NCBI RefSeq assembly: GCF_963921235.1
Contig: NC_086097.1
Span: 156,862,001-156,926,000, forward strand
Direction of reading: 5' to 3'
DNA from: Mobula hypostoma
Lineage: Eukaryota
Length of the DNA: 64,000 nucleotides
Every line of letters starts with the position of its first letter. The first letter of the stretch is position 1. The position numbers and the translations under genes were made by a program. Below, piece after piece: positions 49,637 through 61,090 of the stretch. The notes beneath the pieces are model-generated. The model saw only the letters and a list, made by a program, of their open reading frames with translations, ran no database searches and had not been told where the DNA came from.

Positions 49637-50999
49637 CCCACCTTCTGCACCACAGGCTCAGACTCGGTGCCGGAGGCCCTGCCACCGTGGCTCACACCTG
49701 ATCGGTCGTCCACGCCAACAGTCAAAAAATTGTTCAAACTGAATAGAAATGACAATACGTTCTTGGTTCTAAGTTTCTCTGGCCATCAGGTGCTCATGAC
49801 TTTAAAAATACCCCATATATCCACAGTTGCCACAGGCAACTGTTTTGGTAACTGATATATATACACCGATAAGTAAGAAATAGATTTAGGGTTGAAAATA
49901 AACATTAATTTTTACTAACCTCTTTGGAGTTGTGTACACCTAATTTTCAAAGGCTGGCCTTCTTCATTGTCACAGTAATGAAAGAACAGTTGAAGAGTGG
50001 AGAGTGCTGCTTCAAAGAGAATAGTGTAATTTATTGTATGCAAACTACTCCTTCATCCTCCTGACAGAGAAGTGACATTTAAATCAACTTGTCAAATGTA
50101 TTACTCCATTCTACAGGCTCATCATATAAGTGTCAGCTTCAATAAATGGCTGAAATTTATCTCACCCGGCACCCAAATTAGTCTTCAAAATAAATTCCCA
50201 ATCTAATTTGTCAATGGTAATTCTTTTGCAAAGATCTGACAACGGCTAGCTATGACATAGAATTGTATCCAAAGTACAAAAGAGGGCTATGGTGATGTAT
50301 TTGCAAGGAAGAACTGCCTAATATGATAGTGAGCCATTCTGACCATCAAAGTCCTATATTTGAAAGTTATCATAACCATTAATTTTGTAAGCATCATTTG
50401 TGACTTTTCACACCTTCCACATAGGAGATTTCATCTGAATGCACTTTGTCTGAAGAAAAACATAATCTTTTACAGAGATTACCTTTGTTGAACAGCCAAT
50501 ACATGGGTTCAATAAGACACAGAATTACATCTCTGTGTCCTCAAATGCTCATTTAAAATCAGTTTCCATAGACATGCATCTAGAACTACTTTTGATGCAG
50601 GACTGGGAAGCTACTCTTGGAGGAGTGTTTCACCTAGATCTATTCAAGCCAGACACAAGATCTATGAGATCTTCATCAGTAGTATGCTACTGAAATAGCC
50701 CTGAAACAACAACTGCAAACAACTGCCATAAAGGCAACCTCAAGGACTCTCATCTTTGATACGTGGTATTTAATAGATGGAAAATGCCACCAATATAACA
50801 GTCCTCTCTAAAGCAGAGATACTTCATGAAGACTTTGTTGCTTCAGAAATGTTACACAGGATAAAAGATGATGCATTCACTGAAGATTCTGTATGGGATG
50901 ATGGCAATGGCCAAAAGACCCATAAGGCACCTCAAGTTCTTCCTTAAGCATACTAAAAACAAGGAAAATGAAAGGTTTCAACATTGCTTTTGACATGGA

Positions 51000-52690
51000 C
51001 ACTGTTGGCTGAGGGTTATCTGATAGAGGCAAATAAAATTATGAAAGACAGAGTTGATAATCAGATTATGTTTCCCATGGTAGTGGGTGTAAAAAAAATA
51101 AATGGGCAAAGTTTTAAGGAGAGAGGAAGAGATTTAGAGGATTTTTGAGGGGGGGGAGATCTATGTTAAAAACACAGATTGGATGATATCTGGAATGCAC
51201 TGAAAGAGGAGATGACAGAATTAGATAGAATCACCATGTTTAAGTGACATTTAGATAGGCAAGGGTGTAGCAGCATGTGGACTTAATATAGGCAAATGCA
51301 ACTAGAATAGATTGGCAGAATGGTCAACACTGATGTGTTGGGTCAAAGGGCCCTTTTCTGCTCCACATTGCTCTCTATAGTTGATGATGAAAGAAAAATG
51401 ATGTCATTGGCTGTGGGGAGGGATGTAGCACCATGATGAATAATGGTTTCAACAGCTCCACAGTAGATGCCAATACTGTAAGGAAGCCCACCGAACCAGA
51501 TCATTGGCCTTGGACATTTTCAACTGTAGCACATGTGACAATACCAGTGGACACCTAGTTAAAGTGAGTGGAGGAAAGTTTAGGGGAGATGTCAGAAGTA
51601 GTTCCTTTAAAAAAAAACAAAGTGTGCTACATGCCTAAAAAGCAGTGCCCAGAGTGGTGGTAGAGGCTGATACCATAAGGGCCTTGAAAAGACTTAGATA
51701 GGCACATAGATGTAATAAAAATGGAGGATTATTAGATACGTAGGAGGAAAGGTTTAGACTGACTGTGCTGTGAGTTTATATAGGTCAGTACAATATTATT
51801 AGCCAAAGAGCCGTCTTGTGCTGTGCTGCTTTATGTTTTATGTTTGATATTAGAGATCACTTGGATCTTCGAGTCTTATTTTCATTTAATAAGATCATGG
51901 CTGATCTGAATGCAGTCTCAAATCCAGATTTCCACCCAGCCCTAGTAATCTTCCACCCCATAGTGTCAAAATTCTATTTGCCTTCTCAAGAATATTCAAA
52001 TTTAGAAATATTCAATATACCTTGGGAAAAAGAGAGTTCCAAAATCTCGCAACTTCTGACAGAAAAAAAATCTTACAAAAGGATGACCCCTTATTTTTAA
52101 ACTGTGATCCATAAATTCTTCCTCAAAGGGGAACAGTCTCTCCACCTACAGTCTGTCAAGACCCCACTGGACCTGATATATTTTAGTCAGGTGCAGTCTT
52201 ATTCTTCTAAAGTTCAGCAGGTCAAGCCTAGCCTGTGAAATTTTTCCTCATAAGACAGCCTGCCCTTTCTCGGTATTAGTCTCATAAACCCTTTCTAAAC
52301 TGCTTCCAATGAATTTACATCCTTCCTGAATTAAAGATAATATTGCCTTCAGTAGTCCAGATGTGGTCTCACCAATGTCAGTAACAATGAAGCTTAACCT
52401 CCCTGTTTTATTCAATTCTCCACAATAAATGATGATTCTGAATCCCAGGGACCTGCAATCTCTTCCGGGTCATTTTACTTATTATTTTTGCAGTTTTTTT
52501 ATTTTTCCTGCTAAAATGGATAATTTTATATATTTCCACATGATACTCAGGTTGCTAAATCATTTGCCAATTCATCAATATGTTTTTGTACTTCCTTATG
52601 CCTTCTTCTCAGCTTGCTTTCCTAATTCTCCTTCAGACATCAACAAATATAGCCATTTCATTTTCTTCCCAGTCATTTATAAAGATTATG
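51000..52690. mobile_element. Patchwork of very old CR1 3' fragments (+ strand 51000-51845, - strand 51850-52690)
   Basis: Decayed GGAAAGTTTAGGGGAGATGTCAGA, GTGGTAGAGGCTGATAC, CCAGATGTGGTCTCACCAATG motifs. Confidence 0.65.
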
Positions 52691-52694
52691 AAAA

Positions 52695-53400
52695 GTTAAG
52701 TTCAAGTTCAAGTATCATTCAAATATACATGGAAATAGCCCAAAGAAACATTTTTCCTCTGGGGCCAAGTTGCAAAAGACATTACCAACAACACACAGCA
52801 ACACTGCACATAGCACAAATAGCATATATAGTTACAGTAGATTTCAGAAAATCATACAGTCACAAAGATGTAAGATGTAAGCCCACATCTCTGAGTGGCA
52901 TGACTGTAGATCGTCCAGGTCCAGCTTGTCCTTCCACTGGAGGGCAGCACTTAGCACAAACTGCAACACAGCACTGATGGGAGGGTCCAGCCCCAACACA
53001 GCACGGATTTCCAGCGTACTCAACAGAAGATCTTCTTTTCTCCCTTGGGGTGACTGCAACAGGTTATTGTGACCAAGGCCTAGTCCTCACTATAACCGAG
53101 GCAATGCAGTTCCCCTAAGTCGATCTCAGCAATGAACCAGTGAACTGGACTTCCAGCATTCTACATTACCAATATCCAACAGTATCTTGCAATGCCAAAA
53201 AAAAATGTCCAAGATAATCACTGGCACCGCACTCCTCTTGGCACAATGGTATGTTACAAGTCCAGGCAACAACAGAACAACGAAACACACAAGTCCAACT
53301 CCATCACCATCAAGCAAGTTGCTGATGGGATAGTGCTGCAGTATTTGATGTTCTTAGTATGCAGTAGTGACTTCCAATCATAAAAATAGACTTACAAGAC
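52695..53400 (-). mobile_element. Non-autonomous retroelement with (CTTGAA)n tail
   Basis: AAGTTCAAGTTCAAGTATCATTCAAATATACATG on +. Tail resembles the reverse of 42225-42267. Confidence 0.5.
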
Positions 53401-53694
53401 GAACAAATGCCCCTTTGATTGGACCTGGAGAAGCCGCTGCGTCTGAGCAAGCTGCCCACCTTACCAGAAATTGCGATGTTGGACACTTCCTGTTTCTCAA
53501 TAAGGCCTTAAGGTTCACTGTGCACAAAATTCCTTTATTAATCCCTCCAAACACAAACTCTTCCACGAGTCAAGTTAAATCCTATTTGTCATTGCTCTTT
53601 ACCAGTTCATCAAGTTCATCTTCTTGCCTCAGACTACCCTTTCTATTATCACAATATTGACCATTTTCTTATCAGATGTGAGTTGCTAACCATA

Positions 53695-54155
53695 CAGTGC
53701 CTATAAAAAGTATTCAACCCCCTGGGAATTTTGTGACTCTTGTGTCAAAGTGAAAGATCTCAAAGAAGTGATCTAAATTAATTACAAATATAAAACACAA
53801 AATAATTGATTGCACACTATTCACCCTTTTTCAAGTCAGTATTTAGTAGATGTACCTTTGGCAGCAATTACAACCTCAAGTCTGTGTTGCTAGGTCTCTA
53901 TCAGCTTTGCACATCTGGACTGCAGTTTTTCCCCATTCTTCTTTACAAAACAGCTCAAGCCATATCAGATTGCATGGTGAATGTGAGTGAACAGCCCTTT
54001 TCAAGTCCAGCCACAAATTCTCAACTGGATTGATATCTGGAATCTGACTTGGCTGGTCCAGGATATTAACTTCGCTGTTTTTAAGCCATTCCTGTGTAGC
54101 TTTGGCTTTATGCTTGGGGTAATTTTCTTGCAGGAAAACAGATCTCCTCCCAAGT
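53695..54155 (-). mobile_element. Tc1/mariner DNA transposon right end with transposase C-terminus
   Basis: TA|CAGTGCCTATAAAAAGTATTCAACCCC terminus and inner repeat TATTCACCC near 53818. Minus-strand peptide QENYPKHKAKATQEWLKN...PSQIPDINPVENLW resembles DNDPKH / WPSQSPDLNPIE. Confidence 0.85.
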
Positions 54156-54254
54156 CAAACAACAGGAATTCTGCAGATGCTGGAAATTCAAGCAACACAC
54201 ATCAAAGTTGCTGGTGAACGCAGCAGGCCAAGCAGCATCTATAGGAAGAGGCGC

Positions 54255-54290
54255 AGTCGACGTTTCAGGCCGAGACCCTTCGTCAGGACT
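54255..54290 (-). ncRNA. Minimal type I hammerhead ribozyme (CUGACGA variant)
   Basis: Minus strand AGTC-CTGACGA-AGGGTCTCGGCCT-GAAA-CGTC-GACT. Confidence 0.75.
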
Positions 54291-54585
54291 AACTGAAGGA
54301 AGAGTGAGTAAGGGATTTGAAAGCTGGAGGGGGAGGGGGAGATGCAAAATGATAGGAGAAGACAGGAGGGGGAGGGATAGAGCCGAGAGCTGGACAGGTG
54401 ATAGGCAAAAGGGGATACGAGAGGATCATGGGACAGGAGGTCCGGGAAGAAAGACGGGGGGGGGGGGTGACCCAGAGGATGGGCAAGAGGTATATTCAGA
54501 GGGACAGAGGGAGAAAAAGGAGAGTGAGAGAAAGAATGTGTGCATAAAAATGAGTAACAGATGGGGTACGAGGGGGAGGTGGGGC

Positions 54586-54937
54586 CTAGCGGAAGTTAGA
54601 GAAGTCAATGTTCATGCCATCAGGTTGGAGGCTACCCAGTCGGAATATAAGGTGTTGTTCCTCCAACCTGAGTGTGGCTTCATCTTTACAGTAGAGGAGG
54701 CCGTGGATAGACATGTCAGAATGGGAATGGGATGTGGAATTAAAATGTGTGGCCACTGGGAGATCCTGCTTTCTCTGGCGGACAGAGCGTAGATGTTCAG
54801 CAAAGCGGTCTCCCAGTCTGCGTCGGGTCTCACCAATATATAAAAGGCCACATCGGGAGCACCGGACGCAGTATATCATCCCAGTTAACTCACAGGTGAA
54901 GTGATGCCTCACCTGGAAGGACTGTTTGGGGCCCTGA
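54586..54937 (-). CDS. Penelope GIY-YIG endonuclease domain (5'-truncated)
   Basis: FTC...MIYCVRCSRCGLLYIGETRRRLGDRFAEH...VATHF...RLEEQHLIFRLGSLQPDGMN. Confidence 0.9.
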
Positions 54938-55326
54938 ATAGAAACATAGAAACATAGAAAATAGGTGCAGGAGTAGGCCATTTGGCCCTTCGAGCCTGCA
55001 CCGCCATTTATTATGATCATGGCTGATCATCCAACTCAGAACCCAGCCTTCCCTCCATACCCCCTGACCCCTGTAGCCACAAGGGCCATATCTAACTTCC
55101 TTTTAAACATAGCTAATGAACTGGCCTCAACAGTTTGCTGTGGCAGAGAATTCCACAGATTCACCACTCTCTGTGTGAAGAAGTTTTTCCTAATCTCGGT
55201 CCTAAAAGCTTCCCCTCTATCCTCAAACTGTGACCCCTCGTTCTGGACCTCCCCAACATCGGGAACAATCTTCCCGCATCTAGCCTGTCCAATCCCTTTA
55301 GGATCTTATACGTTTCAATCAGATCC
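54938..55326 (-). mobile_element. Young CR1 3' fragment, (TATGTTTC)n subfamily
   Basis: Near-identical to 38668-39060. Confidence 0.93.
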
Positions 55327-56657
55327 TTTTATACGATGAATTCCAGATCATGCAAACAAAATAGAGGCAGAGATGACAACCTTTCAAGCCATGTTTTGAT
55401 TCACAGGAGTTGAAATAATATCATGTTATTCAAATGTAAAAGACTCTGTTGAAACAATATCAATTATATGCCACATCAGTAAGTGGTACTGAAAAAAAAT
55501 ATGCATTCTACTTCATTAATTTGAGAGTGGCAATTAATTCAAAATCAATGCAACAAAACACTGTAATGATCTGATGGACAAGGCAAAAGTATGGATTCCA
55601 GGTGCCTGATAAGTATCTTTCTGGTTCCACAGTGAATCTTCATTAAACATTTGCATAACATACCCAAAGTCTTGAAGTTAGTTATGTGGTAACTGCTGAT
55701 GACCCCTGACACTGGAAATGGCATGTAATAAATGGATGATAAATTGGCCACAGAGCTGTGGACAGGAGCTATTTGGCTATACCCTGACTGGTCCTGAATG
55801 AAGAAGGCCTTAATTTTCCTGTGGAACTAAAGACAAGCTGAAGACATTTTGAATGCAGTGCTTGCTCTGACCACATTACACTCAATTCTTCTCAGTACAG
55901 TCTCATTACGACAAGATTGAACACATTTATTGAGAAGATTTTTATAGTATCTGTGCAGAATGCAAATTATATAGTGTGACTCTAAGAATATTTTAAGACC
56001 TTGTGAGATTATTTCTACGATATCCATGTAAACCATTTTATATTATCATTATTTAATTTTAGTGATGCTTTTTGCATCTGTGCATTCTACATAAGGCGTA
56101 TCAGATACATGTATATTAAGCAGTGAATATAGAAGTATATTGGGATTATAGAAACAGCCTGCATTGGAATTATGCAATGGCATTATACATATAAAATCAT
56201 AACATCTTCATTTGAAAATCTCTCCTTACTATTTTAACCAATTCACATTAAATGGGTGAACATTTTGAAAAATAAAAACAAAGCAGAAAGAACGAGCTTG
56301 CACAAATGGAGTATTTAGTTCCCGAGACATTCTTCTGCAATGAACTGGGAATCCATTCTACCAGCCTAGTGTTATGCAGAGGAACACTGCAGACAGTTAC
56401 CTAATATCATGGTTCCAGAGGCAGCAACAGAACAACAGCATGCTGAGCTTTTTTTTCTAGTGGTACCAATTAAAGGTGCAACGAGACACTGGGATATGAG
56501 CAGAAAATAATAGACAAAAAGGATAAAGCCGCTGAAAATTTGTTTGTATCAATTTTAAGTGCTTGAACTTAATTCTTGTTATCTAATACTATTAGGAGAA
56601 TATTTGTTGCAGTGGGGTGCAAAAATATCATGGGCAGAATACCTGATCATTAATAGA

Positions 56658-56818
56658 CTCAAGTGACTGCTGATGCTGGAATTTGGAGCAAAAAACAAAC
56701 TGCTACTGGAATTCTGTAGAGGCAGAGCAATAGCCTGATAACCTGAAAATCAACTATCCCTCCATCTCTATAGACGCTGCTTGGTCTGCTGAGTTCCTCC
56801 TGCAGGTTATTTCTTTGC
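56658..56818. mobile_element. Decayed Penelope-like palindromic remnant
   Basis: GCTGATGCTGGAATTTGGAGC...CTATAGACGCTGCTTGGTCTGCTGAGTTCCTCC. Confidence 0.55.
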
Positions 56819-58057
56819 ACCTGTTTATTGGATATTTCCTGCGAAGTTAATGAAGACTGAAGTTTAATGGTTCACTAAGTAAGTAGCCAACCTACATTTG
56901 GCTTTTGCAGCTCCCTTGCTGATGTTAAATTTTGTAATCATATTTTCAACAGCTGGTGCTTATGTAATTAGTTTACACAAGTAAATGGCTATACACAGAA
57001 AATAAACTACCAGCACGGAGGGCAGAAGAGAGGTTCTTAAATGCACTGGAAGAAATATGTTTGCATTAAGGAATTGAAGTACCTTTTAAAACACCTTAGA
57101 ACCAAAAAAAATTATAAAGTATTATTCCAGTGTTGAACGCCAAGTAACAATACCCAGTCATTATTGCATTGTTGTCTGTAAGTTCTCACTAGTGGCCAGG
57201 ATAACATGCTTATATGTTAGTGTTTAGGGGTTAAACATTGAAATTGGTAAAACATTGAAATTGGTGATATTCCTTTACTTTCTTTAAAGACATTGCCCAA
57301 AGAACTTAAGCAGATGAACAGGAACTTATGTTCATGTCTCATCAAAAAAATCACACTTCCAACTGTGTGCACTCCTTTACTATAACACTGACCTTGAGTA
57401 ATTGGATATGAAAGAAAACCACCACCTGCTAACCAAGGCACCAAAAAGATTCCAAATGAGCGACAACGGACACATGACCTAGTGTTCTGATTTAGTTACA
57501 GAGAATAATGCTTTGTCCCAGCCAGATATTATAGTGCTGACATAGATACATTCATAAAATAGTCTAAAGTAACATTAAAATGGTGCCATTATAACTTAGC
57601 CTATCATACGTTGGCAATGCTGGCTTCATTGTCAGTGTAGCAGATAGCATCCTTAGCAGCATGAATTAACAACTCCAAAGGTTCTTTTTTTACCATGGCA
57701 ACAGTTCGTCATTTTTCTCTTCAAGCACTTGTGCCACTTTCTTCTAAAATCTAACAGTATCAACATTTTCCATCAGATGCCAGTTTCAAGTCAATGGTAC
57801 AGCCTTGACATTGATTTTTGCCTTTGAATAATTTGAAACCAATAGCTCTGTGCTCAAAAATGATTTGTGGCTGTCCCATTAATATGTGATGGTTTTGGAG
57901 CAAAGTTTAGTTGATGGGGAGATGGGAGCAGGGTGGGGGAAAGTTAAGGATAAAACTAAAGTGGCTAATGGTATCCTGATCTAGCCACACATATTTATAA
58001 AAGGGTACAAATTGTGAGGTTTTGTCCGGATAGGTCAGTTTCATCCAAAAAGACTAA

Positions 58058-58332
58058 AGAACTAGAGGTCATGGGTCAAGGATGAAAGGTGAAATATTTA
58101 AGGGGGACTTAAGGGAAAACTTTTTCACTCAGAGGGTGGTGAAAGTGTGGAACAAGCTGACAATGGAAATGATGGGTGCAGGTTCAATTTCAACATTTAA
58201 GAGAAATTTGGATGAGTACATGGGTGGGTGCAGTATGAAAGCCTATGATCTGGGTGCAGTTTGATGGAACTAGGCCAGATTAATAGTTCAGCATGGACTA
58301 GTGAGCCAAAGGGCCTGCTTTTATGCTGTATT
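58058..58332 (+). mobile_element. CR1 3' fragment
   Basis: ORF 58082-58264 (NFFTQRVVKVWNKL). Confidence 0.85.
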
Positions 58333-59443
58333 ACATAGAAACATAGAAACATAGAAAATAGGTGCAGGAGTAGGCCATTCGGCCCTTCGAGCCTGCACCG
58401 CCATTTATTATGATCATGGCTGATCATCCAACTCAGAACCCTGCACCAGCCTTCCCTCCATACCCCCTGATCCCCATAGCCACAAGGGCCATATCTAACT
58501 CCCTCTTAAATATAGCCAATGAACTGGCCTCAGCTGTTTCCTGTGGCAGAGAATTCCACAGATTCACCACTCTCTGTGTGAAGAAGTTTTTCCTCATCTC
58601 GGTCCTAAAAGGCTTCCCCTCTATCCTCAAACTGTGACCCCTCGTTCTGGACATCCCCAACATCGGGAACAATCACAATCTTCCTGCATCTAGCCTGTCC
58701 AATCCCTTTAGGATCTTATACGTTTCAATCAGATCCCCCCTCAATCTTCTAAATTCCAACGAGTACAAGCCCAGTTCATCCAGTCTTTCTTCATATGAAA
58801 GTCCTGCCATCCCAGGAATCAATCTGGTGAACCTTCTTTGTACTCCCTCTATGGCAAAGATGTCTTTCCTCAGATTAGGGGACCAAAACTGCACACAATA
58901 CTCCAGGTGTGGTCTCACCAAGGACTTGTACAACTGCAGTAGTACCTCCCTGCTCCTGTACTCGAATCCTCTAGCTATAAATGCCAGCATACCATTCGCC
59001 TTTTTCACTGCCTGCTGTACCTGCATGCCCACTTTCAATGACTGGTGTATAATGACACCCAGGTCTCGTTGCACCTCCCCTTTTCCTAATCGGCCACCAT
59101 TCAGATAATAATCTGTTTTCCTATTTTTGCCACCAAAGTGGATAACTTCACATTTATCCACATTAAATTGCACTTGCCATGAATTTGCCCACTCACCCAA
59201 CCTATCCAAGTCACCCTGCATCCTCTTAGCATCCTCCTCACAGCTTACACTGCCACCCAGCTTCGTGTCATCCGCAAACTTGGAGATGCTGCATTTAATT
59301 CCCTCATCCAAGTCATTAATATATATTGTAAACAACTGGGGTCCCAGCACTGAGCCTTGCGGTACCCCTCTAGTCACCGCCTGCCATTCTGAAAAGGTCC
59401 CATTTATTCCCAGTCTTTGCTTCCTGTCTGCTAACCAATTCAC
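58333..59443 (-). mobile_element. Young CR1 3' portion, (TATGTTTC)n subfamily
   Basis: ORFs 58673-59443 and 58433-58672 are in the same frame, split by one stop. Confidence 0.96.
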
Positions 59444-59739
59444 CTATTCTTCTATGACTCTAAGACTCTAAAACTAAATATAATTGAAATGAAATGAAAT
59501 TTGCATTTGCACAATAGAATCCGTTTAAGGAGCACTTGCATCTGATTTTGGATATGCAAGTGAAGAACAGGAGGATGACCCAAGTGAAGGTTGGACCAAT
59601 CAGAGCTAAAAGAGGAAACGTGTACCTCAAGTCGGAGCAGGTAGGGTAGGTCTTTAGTGAATACTTTACTACCCTATCACCAGTGAGAGGGACCTTGACA
59701 AATGTGAGGTCAGCATAGAACAGGTGAATGCAGTGAAAC

Positions 59740-61090
59740 ATGTTGAAGTTAGAAAAAGATTGTGCTGGAACTTTTGAAAAGCATGATTTTAGATTAGTAC
59801 CTGGAGCAAATGGGATATACCCCAGGTTGCTATGGGAAGCATGGGAAAAGATTGTTGTGCCTGTAGCAAAAACCTTAGCATCCTAGAAGTCCTTGTGTAG
59901 GATTCCCCAAAGGTTAATTTGCAGGTTGAGTCTGAGATAAGGAAGGCATATGCAATGTTAGCATTCATTTCAAGAAAATTAGAATAGAAAAGCAAGGATG
60001 CATTGTTGAGACTTTATGAAACACTGGTGAGGCATTGGAGTATTTTGAGCAGTTTTGGGCCTCTTATCTTAGAAAGGATGTACTGAAATTGGAGAGTGTT
60101 CAAAAAAGGTTCACAAAGATTATTCCAGGATTGAATAGCTTGTCATGTGAGAGTGTTTAATGGCTATTGACTGGTGAAAGGCCTTGAAAGAGTGAATGCG
60201 GAGAGGATACTTCCTGTGGTGGGAGAATCTAAGACTAGAGCGCACAGTCTCAAAATAGAGGAGCATCCTTTTAGAATGGAGATGCCGAGGAATTTCTTTA
60301 GCCAGAGACTGGTGAATTTGTAGAATTTGTTGCCTCAGGCAGCTGTGGAGACTAAGTCTTTATGTATATTTAAGGTAGAGGTTGATAGATTCTCGATAGA
60401 TAGATAGATACTTTACTGATCCCAAAGGAAATTACAATGTCACAGTAGCATTACAAGTGCACAGATATACAAATATTAGAAGGGAAGTAAGAAAAAATAT
60501 AAAAAAATAAGTTCCTTCAAACAGTCTAAACAGGAGGGGGTAATCACTGATTGGTCAGGGCACGAAGGGATCTGGGGAGAAGACAGGAGATTGAGGCTGG
60601 GAAGAAGATTGGATCAGCCATGATGAAATAGTAGAGCAGACTCAATGGGCCAAGTGGCCTAATTTTACTCCTATATCTTCTGGTCTTATCCTCACTGGCC
60701 ATAGTAGTGTCAGAGGATTGGAGGGTGGCAAATGTAAATCCTTGGTTCAAGAAAAGTATGTGACTCAATAGAAATGTATAGATGATAAGAAGCTTAGACC
60801 GAGTGGACAACTCATACCTTTTTCCAAGGGTGGAACTGGCTAATACGAGGGGGCATAACATGAAGGTGCATGGAGGAAAGTATAGAGGGGATATCAGAGA
60901 ATGGTAGGTGTGTGGAGTATGCGGCCAGTGGTGCTGGTAGCGGCAGGTGATTTAGGGACAGATAAGACAGCCTTGGATGAAAGAAAAATGGAGGGCTATA
61001 TGGGAGGGATGGATGAGTTAAATTAATCTTGGAGTAGGTTGAAGAATTGGCACAACATCATATACTGTTCCTTTTTTTATGTTCTATGAA
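59740..61090 (+). mobile_element. Old CR1 fragments, with an antisense (CTAT)n-tailed insertion at about 60397-60547
   Basis: AAGGCATATGCAATGTTAGC, GGAATTTCTTTAGCCAGAG, two CR1 3' UTRs (about 60690 and 61088). Confidence 0.75.

Larger units (their letters stand above)
46132..49722 (-). mobile_element. Young CR1, (TATGTTC)n subfamily, 5'-truncated within ORF1
   Basis: Esterase ORF 49115-49636 and ORF2 pieces 48434-48787, 47040-48497, 46192-46965. Confidence 0.96.
54156..54937 (-). mobile_element. Young Penelope-like element 3' end: GIY-YIG endonuclease plus terminal repeat
   Basis: Open GIY-YIG frame, pyrimidine-rich UTR, intact hammerhead, terminus CAGCATCTGCAGAATTCCTGTTGTTTG. Confidence 0.93.

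Noticed and set aside
50280..50960. Host exon or old RTE LINE remnant
   Set aside because: No open frame or diagnostic motif that I can support.
54586..55020. Stand-alone GIY-YIG nuclease gene of 144 aa
   Set aside because: The N-terminus is read from a CR1 3' UTR and the rest is a truncated Penelope endonuclease.
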